Assembly (NCBI RefSeq): GCF_006345805.1
Contig: NC_042997.1
Span: forward strand, 201,500,001 to 201,564,000
Direction: 5' to 3'
Origin: Octopus sinensis
Taxonomy: Eukaryota
Length of the DNA: 64,000 nt
Shown one piece after another: positions 1-11,469 of the stretch. Both the position numbers and the translations under genes were made by a program. The notes beneath the pieces are model-generated. The model did no database searches and had not been told where the DNA came from. It worked only from the letters and a program-made list of their open reading frames with translations. How positions within the stretch are numbered: position 1 is the first letter of the stretch; the number at the start of each line of letters is the position of its first letter.

Positions 1-336
1 TTGGAGCAAGATTTTAATTCAAAACTTATGAAGACAAGACATTTGTACTCAGAGCCAGAGGCAGTTTCCATCGGGTTGGTATCAAAAGGGTTAAATTAAT
101 CATTTGTTAACCCTTTTGTCACCATATTTCTGTTGAAATATTTTGTGTTTCTTTCAATTAATCTTAAATATAACAAAGAATTTAGTAAAATAACTTAGTT
201 ATCATTAAGCTAGTGTTAGGAACATAAATTGTGACTAAGGTTTGGTGCAAGATTTTAATTCAAAACTTTTGAAAACAAGACATTTGTACTACAGAGCCAG
301 AGGCAGTTTGAGCTGGGTTGGTAACAAAAGGGTTAA
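1..336 (+). mobile_element. Tandem piggyBac-like MITE units (partial copy 1-90, full copy 111-332)
   Basis: TTAA-CCCTTTTG...CAAAAGGG-TTAA termini; TTAA at 91-94, 107-110 and 333-336; same family as 43894-44592. Confidence 0.7.
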
Positions 337-629
337 ATAGTGATGATGATGTAAAAGTGGTGGACTTATGCAAACCCATTTTTACCTCTGGAAAGAAGTG
401 GTCCACATTAGTCTAGCATCTGTCCTTTGACTTGTCCAGCATAGGAGGTCCTGGCAAGAGCATGTGTTCTGGTGATGAATAGCTTTCAAGGTCATTGAGA
501 CACACAAACCCCGAAATTGCAATGAGGAATGAAGTTTGTTGTGAGATTATTGTAAGTTAAATTAGATTGGATCCAGGGCCCAAATAAAACTTTCATTTAA
601 GAAAAATCCCCTTAAGACGAAAATGTTAT

Positions 630-878
630 GCTTGTGCTGGGGCAACATGAAAAGCACCTGTAACTAGTTCCATGTAAAAGGCACTGGTACTGGTGGCACA
701 TAAAAAGCATCAAGTACACTCTGTAAAGTGGTTGGTGTAAGGAAGGGCATCCAGCTTTAGAAACCAAGCTAAAACATAATTGGGGCCTGATGCATGACTC
801 CAGATTACCAGCTCCTGTCGAACCATCCAAGCCATGTGAGCATGGAAAACAGGTGTTAAATGATGACGATGATGATGA
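630..878 (+). mobile_element. 3' end of RTE-LINE family (AGGAAGGGCATCCAGC motif, (TGA)n tail)
   Basis: Same terminus as RT-bearing copies at 30960-32290 and 55752-56705. Confidence 0.65.
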
Positions 879-974
879 TTGTTGTTGGTGATGGTTAATC
901 TGAAGGTGATGTTAAATTCTGTATAAATATTAGAAACATAAGAGGGTTTTATTGTTGTATATAATTACAATGAA

Positions 975-1297
975 GGCACATGGCTAAGTGGTTAGGGCAT
1001 TTGGCTCATGATCATAAGGTCATGAGTTTGATTCCTGGTGGTATGTTGTGTCCTTGAGCAAGACACTTTATTTTCACGTTGCTCCACTCCACTCAGCTGG
1101 CAAAAAAAGAGTAGTACCTGTATTTCAAAGGGCCAGCCTTGTCCCACTCTGTGTCATGCTGTATCTCCCTGAGCACTACGTTAAGGGTACACGTGTCTGT
1201 GGAGTGCTCAGCCACTAACATGTTAATTTCATGAGCAAGCTGTTCTGTTGATCGGATCAAATGGAACCCTCATTATCACAACCAACAGAGTGCTCCT
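975..1297 (+). mobile_element. tRNA-derived SINE with V-domain-like core
   Basis: A box TGGCTAAGTGG, B box GAGTTTGATTCC, core TGTGTCCTTGAGCAAGACACTT; second copy near 16222. Confidence 0.65.
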
Positions 1298-1927
1298 TTT
1301 ATATAATTACAACTGTTTTGAGAATAAACGAAGAAATTAATTAGATTAAATGTATTATAAACTTGTCTACGTTCATCCCCACCACTGCTTGACAACCAAT
1401 GCTGGTGTGTTAACATCCATGTAACTTAGCGGTTCAGCAAAAGTGACCAATAGAATAAGTGTCAGGCATAACAAAAACTAAAAAAAAAAACATAAGTTCC
1501 TAGAACTTATGACCCTTTCTAGCCGAGCCAACATTAAAAAGTTAGGATCGAGGTTTATTTCCAGCGGTTTCACAACACTACTGTTTCATATGCAAAGGGT
1601 CTGCTACAACAAAGTTGGAACACAAAAAAGTTGGTCCATTTGTTACATATTGTAGCTCCCACATTATATGCTACCTTTTTTTAAACTTTGGGCAACACTC
1701 CAGAAACACATCCTGGGACCTGACATTTATTCTACTAAAGTTTCTTCATGGCAGTGCCCCAATATGGCCACAGTCTAATGACTGAAACAAGTAAAAGTTA
1801 AAAGGTAATCCACTACCCTGCTCTGGTACATTTTATTGCCCCTGAAAAGATAAACAGCAAAAGTAGGCCTTGCTGGGATTTGAAATCAAAGTGCAGAGCA
1901 TCAGAAGAAATACCATGAGGTATTTTA

Positions 1928-2340
1928 GGCAGCGAGCTGGCAGAAATGTTAGCACGCCGGGCGAAAAGCGTAGCCGTATTTCGTCTGTCGTTACGTTCTG
2001 AGTTCAAACTCCGCCAAGGTCGACTTTGCCTTTCATTCTTTCAGGGTCAATAAATTAAGTACCAGTTACGCACTGGGGTCGATATAATCGACTTAATCCC
2101 TTTGTCTGTCCTTGTTTGTCCCATCTGTGTTTAGCCCCTTGTGGGTAGTAAAGAAATAGTATTTCGTCTGCTACTACGTTCTGAGTTCAAATTCCGCTGC
2201 GGTCGACTTGCCTTTCATCCTTTTAGGGTCGATAAATTAAGTACCAGCTACGAACTGGAGTCGATATAATCGACTTAATCCGTTTGTCTGTCCTTGTTTG
2301 TCCTCTCTGTGTTTAGCTCCTTGTGGGCAGTAAAGAAATA
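1928..2340 (+). mobile_element. tRNA-derived SINE (Meta-domain-like core), full copy plus tandem partial copy
   Basis: A/B boxes, core GCCTTTCAT(T/C)CTTT..GGGTC.ATAAATTAAGTACCAG, tail CCTTGTGGG.AGTAAAGAAATA; 10-bp TSD AGGTATTTTA at 1918-1927 and 2340-2349. Confidence 0.8.
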
Positions 2341-2361
2341 GGTATTTTATGCAACATTCTA

Positions 2362-2611
2362 CTGGATTGGTGCATAATTATTGCGGCTTTTCTTTTCAAC
2401 AAATTTTATTCAGCAAAAAACACTAACAACATGTAACAAAAACATCTTTAAATGATTATTCCAGAGAATATTCACGATCTACTTCAATTACTGCTTCCCA
2501 TTTGCTTGGCAGACGGTCAGACCGTCATTTAAAGATGTTTTTGTTAAATATTGTTGTTTTTGTTGAATAAAATTTGTTGAAAAAAGCCGCAATAATTATG
2601 CACCAACCCAA
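2362..2611. mobile_element. Mariner-derived MITE with long inverted repeats
   Basis: TA flanks; TIR TTGGTGCATAATTATTGCGGC resembling Hsmar1/Made1-type ends; about 90-bp inverted arms; interior on minus encodes a mariner-like C-terminus (DRLPSKWEAVIEVDREY). Confidence 0.75.
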
Positions 2612-3139
2612 TAACAATGCAGTCTTTATTTATGAGCAAAGGTATTCCAACCGAGACCAACCCATCTTTGTCCTATGAGCAAGGAAGCCAGGACCACACA
2701 ATACAATTTGTCCTTCACTTATATCTTAGGCAATGATGTGAGGATATTTGGCTGTTATTTCTAATAAGCATAGTGACTTCATGAATGCTCTCCTCACTGA
2801 CTTGGATATTAAGTTATTTAGTGTAAATGCTCAGAGATGCAAATGAAGATAAATAAGAAATGACAAGGAGAGAAGATAAGAAGAATAGCTCTTACATCAA
2901 ATTGATTTAATAACAGGAATAAGAATAACTGGATTACTTTGAATCCAGAGTAAATGTTGAGTGTAAAAGAACACAACTAATGATAACACCAACCGGTCCA
3001 TATATCAAAATACATTCATGTAGCGTACTATTTGCAAAAGTATGATTAATGACAAATGTATAATAAGTCAACCACAAAATCTATTGTCAATCATTTGCAG
3101 TCATGCAAAAGTGTGTTCATTGAATATAACTTTTTGAAA

Positions 3140-3358
3140 GTCCTTTCTAATATAGTCGCAAGGCCCGAAATTTTGTGGGAGGGGGAGTGCCAATCGATTA
3201 GATCGACCCCAGTATGCTACTGGTACTTAATTTATTGACCTCGAAAGGATGAAAAGCAAAGTTGACCTCGCTGGAATTTGAACTCAGAATGTAAAAATAG
3301 AAGAAATACCACTAAGTAATTTGCCCAGCATGCTACCATTTCTGCCAGCTTGCCGCCT
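3140..3358 (-). mobile_element. Meta-like SINE, alternative tail variant
   Basis: Reverse complement of the head and core seen at 1928; different 3' tail (AAAATTTCGGGCCTTG...TAGAAAGG). Confidence 0.7.
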
Positions 3359-3364
3359 TTGGCA

Positions 3365-4584
3365 GATACTGGTGTCGTGCAATTTGGTATCTGTGCCACC
3401 AGCATGTAAATGCACTCCTGTGTCATGCAAATGGCACCCATGCCGATAGCTCATAAAATCACCCATTACACTCTCAGAATAGTTGGTGTTCGGAAGGGCA
3501 CCCAGCCATAGCAAACCATGCCAAACCAGACTGGGGTCTGGTACAGCCTTTCAGCATGCCAGCCCAGTCAAACCGTCCAATCCATGCCAACATGGACAAT
3601 GGATGTTAAATGATGATGATGATGAGGGTTCCTTTAAGGATTTATTATTTATACTTGTGAAGACCGGTTGAGGCAAGTGAAAATCAAATCAAATCAAATC
3701 AAAATAGACAAAATAGATGAACATCAATGGAATTTGTATCTTGTGGTACCAGTGCCTGTGGCACACAAGAAATCCATCAGTGCCGTAGTCAGTGCGGTGG
3801 GCACATGACAAACACCATCCGATCGTGGCCGTTCGCCAGCCTCATTTAGCACCTGTGTCGGTGGCACATAAAAACACCATCCGAAGACCCGGCAAGACTA
3901 GTCAGGCATAACCCATGGCCCCTACCTGGGACGTAGTCAGTCCACCTGTGCATACCTTCCTTCTTGTGACACTTGTGAAGACCTGTTGAGGCAAGTGAAA
4001 ATCAAATCAAATCAAATCAAAACAAATCAAAATAGATGAACATCAATGGAATTTGTATCTTTGTGGTACCAGTGCCGGTGGCACGTGGCATATAAGAAAA
4101 CCATCCGAACGTGGCCGTAGCCAGTACCGCATCGACTGGCCTCCGTGCTGTGGGCACGTAACAAGCACCATCCGATTGTGGCCGTTTGCCAGCCTCATCT
4201 GGCACCTGTGTCGGTGGCACATAAAAACACCATCCGAGCGTGCCGTCTGCCAGCCTCGTCTGGCACCTGTGTCGGTGGCACATAAAAACACCATCCGAGC
4301 GTGGCCGTCTGCCAGCCTCGTCTGGCACCTGTGTCGGTGGCACATAAAAAACATCATCCGAGCGTGGCCGTCTGCCAGCCTCGTCTGGCACCTGTGTCGG
4401 TGGCACATAAAATCACCCACTACACTCTCGGAGTGGTTGGCGTTAGGAAGGGCATCCAGCTGTAGAAACACTGCCAGATCTGACTGGACTGGTGCAGCTT
4501 TCGGGCTCCCCAGACCCCAGTTGAACCGTCCAACCCATGCTAGCATGGAAAGCGGACGTTAAATGATGATGATGATGATGATGA
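3365..4584 (+). mobile_element. Two RTE-LINE 3' UTR copies (3365-3625, 3650-4584) with internal tandem repeats
   Basis: Terminus CCAACCCATGCTAGCATGGAAAGCGGACGTTAAA(TGA)n; four ~62-bp units at 4168-4414. Confidence 0.7.
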
Positions 4585-4808
4585 TTTACTGCCCACAAGA
4601 GGCTAAACACAGAGGGGACAAACAAGGACAAACAAACAGATTAAGTCGATTATATCGACCCCAGTGCGTAACTGGTACTTATTTAATCGACTCCGAAAGG
4701 ATGGAAGGCAAAGTCGACCTCGGCGGAATTTGAACTCAGAACGTAGTGGCAGGTGAAATACCGCTAAGCATTTCGCCCGGCGTGCTAACATTTCTGCCAG
4801 CTCGCCAA
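4585..4808 (-). mobile_element. Meta-like tRNA SINE
   Basis: Near-complete reverse complement of the 1928-2158 copy. Confidence 0.8.
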
Positions 4809-4995
4809 CTTTAATGATTCCTTTAAGGATTTATATTGTGATAATAAATTGGACCTACATTCAATCGACATGATGTTCCATGGAAACCTCTGGAATTGAG
4901 AGACTTAACACAATGATACTTCATTTCCACACGTACACCGACTCTGACTCTGCGAGAAATGGAGGATCAAAGTTCAGCTGAGCTAAGTGACTGCT

Positions 4996-5398
4996 TTACT
5001 CTTTTACTTGTTTCAGTCATTTGACTGTGGCCATGCTGGAGCACTGCCTTTACTCAATCAAATCGACCCCATGACTTATTCTTTGTAAGCTTAGTACTTA
5101 TTCTATCGGTCTCTTTTACCAAACCACTAAGTTATGAGGACTTAAACACACCAGCATCAGTTGTCAATCGATGTTGGTGGAGACAAACACAGACACACAA
5201 ACATATACACACACATACATATATGTATACATATATACAACAGACTTCTTTCAGTTTCCGTCTACCAAATCCACTCACAAGGATTTGGTTGGCCCGAGGC
5301 TATAGTAGAAGACACTTGCCCAAGGTGCCATGCAGTGGGACTGAACCCGGAACCATGTGGTTCATAAGCAAGCTACTTACCACACAGCCACTCCTGCT
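4996..5398 (-). mobile_element. CORE-like tRNA SINE with internal microsatellite
   Basis: Head with B box GGTTCAGTCCC, CORE-like CACCTTGGGCAAGTGTCTT, tail CAGCATGGCCACAGTCAAATGACTGAAAC(AAGTAAAAG)n. Confidence 0.8.
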
Positions 5399-5596
5399 GT
5401 GTCAAATGTCAACCCAATCTCCAGAAAATTTGGTACATGAAAGTAGGCTGTATGTAAACTGAAACATATCTGAACAGCTCAAGAAAAATTGTGGCATATT
5501 TCAAGTATTTTTAATTAATTCAAGCTAATGTGTAGCTAAAAGGATGAGAAATGCACATTGATGTGCATTTGAAAAAGGTAAATAAAACACAACTAA

Positions 5597-5988
5597 TCTC
5601 TCTATATATAAAGCTGAAGTTGTCTGTGTATGGCAGGTTTGGTAGCCTTCAACTAACGCTATCTCCTCCAAGACTCTGTTGCGCAAGTTGACCAAAATTG
5701 AGAGTATGATAGAAGAAGGCTTGCTCTTCCTTCCGTAGAAGAAAAAATTCAAATCGGACCATGTTAACACCAAAAATTATTTACATCAAAAAGGTGCATT
5801 TTTTCTATGAAATTCCTTATTTTTTACAATTTTTTGACTGCTGTGTTGCCATTTTTCGGTGTATTTCAACCAGAAAAATGTTCACTTAAAGAGAATAACA
5901 AGCTACATAATGCAAAATTTTTACTTTTCAAAAATTCCAATTCTAAAGGGTCGAAACAAACCCAAGCAACGCTGGGCGATACTGCTAG
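5597..5988 (+). mobile_element. Non-autonomous Helitron
   Basis: 5' TC, 3' CTAG, subterminal hairpin CCCAAGCAACGCTGGG (5961-5976), inserted between A and T with no TSD; second copy at 41503-41892. Confidence 0.8.
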
Positions 5989-6355
5989 TTCCAGATAAAT
6001 ATCTTAAAACAAAATTGACAATTTTAATCTAAACAGTGCTGGTGAAAAGTGAGATTGATATGTGATTGACAAGATGGATGAATCTTTAGTCTTTTATTAT
6101 TTATTTTTTATTTGTTTTAGTCATTGGACTACAAAAATATTGATTAAAATTTTGGTGCAAGGCCAGCAATTTTGAGGGAGGAGATAAACTGATAATGTCG
6201 ACCCCAAAGTTTAACTGGTACTTTGAAAGATGGAAAGGCAAAGTCAACCCCAGCAGGATTTGAACTCAGATTGTTATGTCAGAAAAATGCCACTGAGTGT
6301 TTTTTTCTGGTGCAGTAATGATTCAAGCACCTCACTGCCTTACATAGTACGAAAC

Positions 6356-6537
6356 ATTAAGAGAAGACAGAATAAGTGATAACGACAGAGGAAGACAGAG
6401 TAAAAGATATTAAGAGAGAACGATAGAGTAAGTGATATTAAGAGAGGAAGACAAGGTAAGAGACAGTGAGAAAAACGTGATACTGAGAGAGAAAGATAGA
6501 TTAAGAGATATTAAGCGAGAAAGAGAGTAAGAGATAT
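6356..6537 (+). repeat. Degenerate purine-rich minisatellite (~28-bp unit)
   Basis: Recurring GATATTAAGAGAG(A/G)AAGA.AGAGTAAG. Confidence 0.55.
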
Positions 6538-6875
6538 GTTACAGATATTCTAGGATTAGTTCTCATTTATAATCTGATTTACACATTTTCTCCCAAAGCT
6601 AGCTACGGTTGCCGTAGAAGCAGATCTATCTCTAAATCTCTTACTTAGCATTTGGTGCATCTAAGCAATTGATATTTTCCCAATTCTGTCTTAGAACCGA
6701 GAGTAATGGCGGCCGGAAATATATTTAGTTATTCATTGTTTTAGTCATAATTGATTTCTTTTTGAGGCATCGACCGAAATATATATATATATGTAGGGCA
6801 GGAATATAGATCAAGGAGCTAGCACCGATATAATAGCATGCATACACACACACACATGCGCACACATATATGTAC

Positions 6876-7108
6876 TCTTTTACTCTTTTACTCTTTTACT
6901 TGTTTCAGTCGTTTGACTGTGCCCATGCTGGATCACTGCCTTTTAGTCGAGCAAATCAACCCCAGGACTTATTCTTTGTAAGCCTAGTACTTATTCTATC
7001 AGTCTCCTTTGCCGAACCGCTAAGTTACGGGGACGTAAACACAGCAGCATTGGTTGTCAAGCGGCGTTGGAGAGACAAACACAGACACACAAACATATAC
7101 ACACAAAC

Positions 7109-7155
<47 letters not shown>

Positions 7156-7581
7156 AAACGGTAAAATTAATTAATTAACTAGTAATTATATATATTATAT
7201 ATATGTGACAGGCTTCTTTCAGTTTCCATCTTACAATCCACTCACAAGGCTTTGGTCGGCCCAAGGTTATAGTAGAAGACACTTGCCCAAGGTGCCATGC
7301 AGTGGGACTGAACCCAGAACCATGTGGTTGGGAAGTAAGCTTCTTACCGCACAGCTACTCTTGTATATATATCTTTTATTTATCTCTTATCTTTTACTTG
7401 TTTCATTCAATAAATTGTGACCAAGCTAGAGTACTGCCTTGAAGAAATTTTAGTGAAATGAATTGACCTCAGGATTGACTTCTTATGCCAAACTCCTAAG
7501 TTGTAGGGATATAAACAAACCAATACCAGTTGTCAAGCAGTGGTGGGTGACAAACACATACACACACTCGTATATATGTGT

Positions 7582-7618
<37 letters not shown>

Positions 7619-7658
7619 ATAATAATAAAGGGTAAAATCAATTAATTAACTAGTAATA

Positions 7659-7698
<40 letters not shown>

Positions 7699-8161
7699 CA
7701 GGCTTCTTTCAGTTTCCATCTAACAAATCCACTCGCAGGCTTTGGTCGGCCCGAGGCTATAGTAGAAGACACTTGCCCAAGGTGCCATGCAGTGGGACTG
7801 AACTCGGAACCATGTGGTTGGTATGCAAGCAACTTACCACACAGCCACTAGTGCACCTTTATATTCTTTTATTCTTGTACTTGTTTCAGTCATTTGACTG
7901 TGGCCATGATGGAGCATCGCCTTTAGTTGAACAAATCGACTCCAGAACTTATGCTTTGTAAGCCTAGTACTTATTCTATTGGTCTCTTTTTGCCAAACTG
8001 CTAAGTTACGGGAATGTAAACACACCAACATCGGTTGTGAAGGAATCATTTGGGGACAAACATAAACACAAAATACATACATATATATATATATTATATA
8101 TATAATATATATATATATGCTAGCATGGAAAGCGGACGTTAAATGATGATGATGATGATGA

Positions 8162-8211
<50 letters not shown>

Positions 8212-8604
8212 GTAAATATATATATATATATATATATACGACGGGCTTCTTTCAGTTTCCGTCTACTAAATCTACTCACAGGGCTTTGGTCAGCCCAAGG
8301 CTATAGTAGAAGACACTTGCCCAGGTGCCATGCAGTGGGACTGAACCCAGAACCATGTGGTGGGAAGCAAGCTTCTTACCGCACAGCTACTCTTGTATAT
8401 ATATCTTTTATTTATCTCTTATCTTTTACTTGTTTCATTCATTAAATTGTGACCAAGCTGGAGTACTGCCTTGAAGAAATTTTAGTGAAATGAATTGACC
8501 TCAGGATTGACTTCTTATGCCAAACTCCTAAGTTGTAGGGATATAAACAAACCAACACCAGTTGTCAAGCAGTGGTGGGTGACAAACACATACACACACT
8601 CGTA

Positions 8605-8649
<45 letters not shown>

Positions 8650-9170
8650 GCAAAAATTTAGATTCAGATGAATATGGTACTTAAGTTGAGGCACCAGAAT
8701 TTAGCATGGTATTATCCATACAATTTCAAAATAAGGCGATTGGAACCAAAATAGGCAACAAAGATATCCAGAGGTAATGCAGTACGATCATTTCATGCAA
8801 CTCCATTTAATTGAACAATGCAACCATTACATCAATTTAAATGCAGAGCAATCCTCAGCTGCACAAAGACATAGAATTTAATTAAATTAAAACAGATGGA
8901 CACATTAATATAATTTTGTCTAAAATCTCCAAGAAGTTAAGGAGAAAGACAGAGAACATTGTTGCCCTTCCTTCCACTTAGAAGCTATATATGATTATAT
9001 ATAATATAGGACAGGCTTCTTTCAGTTTCCATCTATCAAATTCACTCAGAAGACTTTGGTCAGCCCAAGGCTGTAGTAGAAGACACTTGCCCAAAGTGTC
9101 ACACAGAGGGATTGAAACCAGAGTCATGTGGTTGGGGAGCAATCTTCTTGCCACATAGCTACCTGCACCT
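6876..9170 (-). mobile_element. Head-to-tail cluster of about four CORE-like SINEs with TA microsatellites
   Basis: Alternating tail and head segments; 7343-7580 nearly identical to 8375-8612. Confidence 0.75.
8778..8863 (-). ncRNA. Type I hammerhead ribozyme motif inside a Penelope-like terminal-repeat relic (about 8650-8985)
   Basis: Minus strand TGCAG-CTGAGGA-[long stem II]-GAAA-TGATCG-TA-CTGCA: intact core, 5-bp stem I, GUA cleavage triplet. Confidence 0.6.
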
Positions 9171-9621
9171 CTGTATATATATATATATATAAGTTATGGG
9201 GACAAAAACACACTAACACCGGTTGTCCAATAGTGGTGGGGGACAAACACAGACTCAAAGACTCACACACAAAAATATATTTTAACATCCATGTCTGCAT
9301 GCTCGCATGTGTCACACAGACTTCATTGAGGCAGATTTTGTTTTAACAATCAACCAACATAATTGCTTTAATCAAGTTGCTGGCATTATAAATGTATATA
9401 TGTATGAATGTATGTCTATTCTATTTTTTTAATAATTATTATAAATCTTCCACTGAGGAGGGAGCCAGTTTCCAACAAAGATACAAGGCTCCATCTTTGG
9501 GATGTAGTTAACACAGACAAATTCACATTTGGAACTTGAGTAAAGTCTTGCATATTTTTATTGTTCCTCTCACAGATTGCACTTGTAATATAGGAATATA
9601 CAAATTCTGAAAATCCCAGTT

Positions 9622-9650
9622 TGTGTATGTATGTATGTAATGTATGTATG

Positions 9651-9681
<31 letters not shown>

Positions 9682-9757
9682 TGTATGTATGTATGTATGT
9701 ATGTATGTATGTATGTATGTATGTATGCATGTATGTTTTTATGTATGTATGTATGTA
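9622..9757 (+). repeat. (TATG)n microsatellite, left part
   Basis: Direct inspection. Confidence 0.95.
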
Positions 9758-10768
9758 CAAAATCATTTCTGCCATCAAGGTCTTCTACACAGATACATCT
9801 TCAACCATCTTAACCCCTGACAGAGAAACATCATCTTTCTCAATCAAAGCCGGAATACTGCAGGGAGACACACTCGCCCCATTTCTTTTCATCATTGTCG
9901 TTGACTATGTGCTACGTATGTCAGTTGATACCATCTCTGGCAAGGGCTTTGAAATAAAACCAAGAAGAAGTTCCAGACATCCAGCTGAATACTTGACAGA
10001 CACTGACTTTGCTGACGACATCGCTCTTATCAGTAATTTTCTCTCCAATGCCCAGTCTCTTTTACAATCTCTCGAACAAGCCTCAAATTGTGTAGGTCTT
10101 TACCTCAATGAGGCCAAGACTGAATATATAAACAAGTGCCTGTCCAACAGTGATTGCATCATCCATACTCTCAACAATGCGCCCTTAAATATGGTTTCTG
10201 ATTACAAATATCTTGGGTCATACATATCATCTGGAAAAGATTTTCTAACTAGAAAGGGTATGGCCTGGTCAGCCTGTAATGACATGCATAAGATCTGGTC
10301 ATCAAATCTAAGTAGAGACTTCAAACTTGAAATCTTCAAAGCCACAGTCGAACCAATTCTACTATATGGCTCAGAAACCTGGACGTTATCAAAGAAGTTT
10401 GAGAGGCGGTTGGATGGAACCTACACTTGCCTCCTTATGATAGCTCAAAATCTCTCGTGGAGGCGCCATCCAACCAAAATGCAAATATATGGGAAACTAC
10501 CTCCTGTGTCATCTCTTGTGAAAGGTAGGAGAGTCCAGTTTGCTGGACATTGTTGTAGAGCTGAAAACGAGGTAATTTCTACTCTTCTCCTCTGGAAGCC
10601 ATCTACTCGCAATATCAGAGGGCGCACACTCTCCTACCCTGATGTAATCTCCAGGGATACAGGCATCCAGCAACAGGACCTCCGTAATGCTATGATGGAC
10701 CATGAAGTCTGGCGTAGCATGGTAAATTCCATTGTCTCGACCACGGTCAAACAATGATGATGATGATG
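9758..10768 (+). mobile_element. 5'-truncated RTE-group LINE, RT C-terminal half with open frame
   Basis: GILQGDTLAPFLF, DFADDIAL, YKYLGS, LLYGSETW motifs in ORF 9621-10757; stop runs straight into (TGA)n tail. Confidence 0.9.
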
Positions 10769-10788
10769 TATGTACGTATGCATGCATG

Positions 10789-10821
<33 letters not shown>

Positions 10822-10909
10822 TTGTATGTATGCATGCATGTATGTATGTATGTATGTATGTATGCATGTATGTATGTATGTATGCATGCAAGCATGCATG
10901 CATGCATGC

Positions 10910-10942
<33 letters not shown>

Positions 10943-11030
10943 TGTATGCATGCATGTATGTATGTATGTATGCATGCATGCATGTATGTATGTATGTATG
11001 TATGTATGTATGTATGTATGTATGTATGTA
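10769..11030 (+). repeat. (TATG/CATG)n microsatellite, right part
   Basis: Direct inspection. Confidence 0.95.
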
Positions 11031-11469
11031 CGAACACATGTTGCTAAGGTGGTAGAGTAGCAGAATTGTTGGAGCATCCGGCAAAATACATTTTTTCCAG
11101 TTCTTTATATCCTAAGTTCAAAATTTGCCAAAGTCAGTTTTACATTTTATCTTATTAAAGTCAATAAAATAAAATGCAACCAAGTACTTTGTTGGTTTAA
11201 TCGATTTTTCATCTTCCCTCAAAAATTGCTGGCTTCGTACCTAAACAAGAAACCATTATTGGTTTCTTGTTTAGGTATCCAACCATTATTGTTGACAAGA
11301 TTCGCATGGCAATCCTTTCATTTCTGAATAATATTTTTGTAATTTTTTTAAAAATTTTATTACTTTTTCTGAATCAATTCGTTTGGTTTCTCTCATAGAA
11401 AGGTGAGCATTTTTTTTTTAAATTTGTCTTCGTTTGAATTCCATTTGCTGGTCTTGAAATGCCACTCAC

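Noticed and set aside
975-1050. Functional tRNA genes at SINE heads, here and elsewhere
   Set aside because: A/B boxes present but no complete cloverleaf, and each continues into a SINE body
2897-3001. Minus-strand 34-codon ORF MDRLVLSLVVFF... resembling a signal peptide
   Set aside because: Ends in a stop before the nearby donor-like site; expected by chance in AT-rich DNA
4017-4562. Repetitive Cys/His-rich ORFs
   Set aside because: Translations of the 62-bp tandem units in an RTE 3' UTR
4859-4949. Possible minus-strand exon (CTCGCAG acceptor, GTAGGT donor)
   Set aside because: No reading frame compatible with the 11.5-kb candidate and no recognisable product
6700-6720. AATGGCGGCCGGAA, YY1/ETS-like promoter motif
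   Set aside because: Isolated short motif with no other support
9621-9757. N-terminus of the 378-aa ORF
   Set aside because: MYVC repeats are microsatellite read-through, not part of the RT
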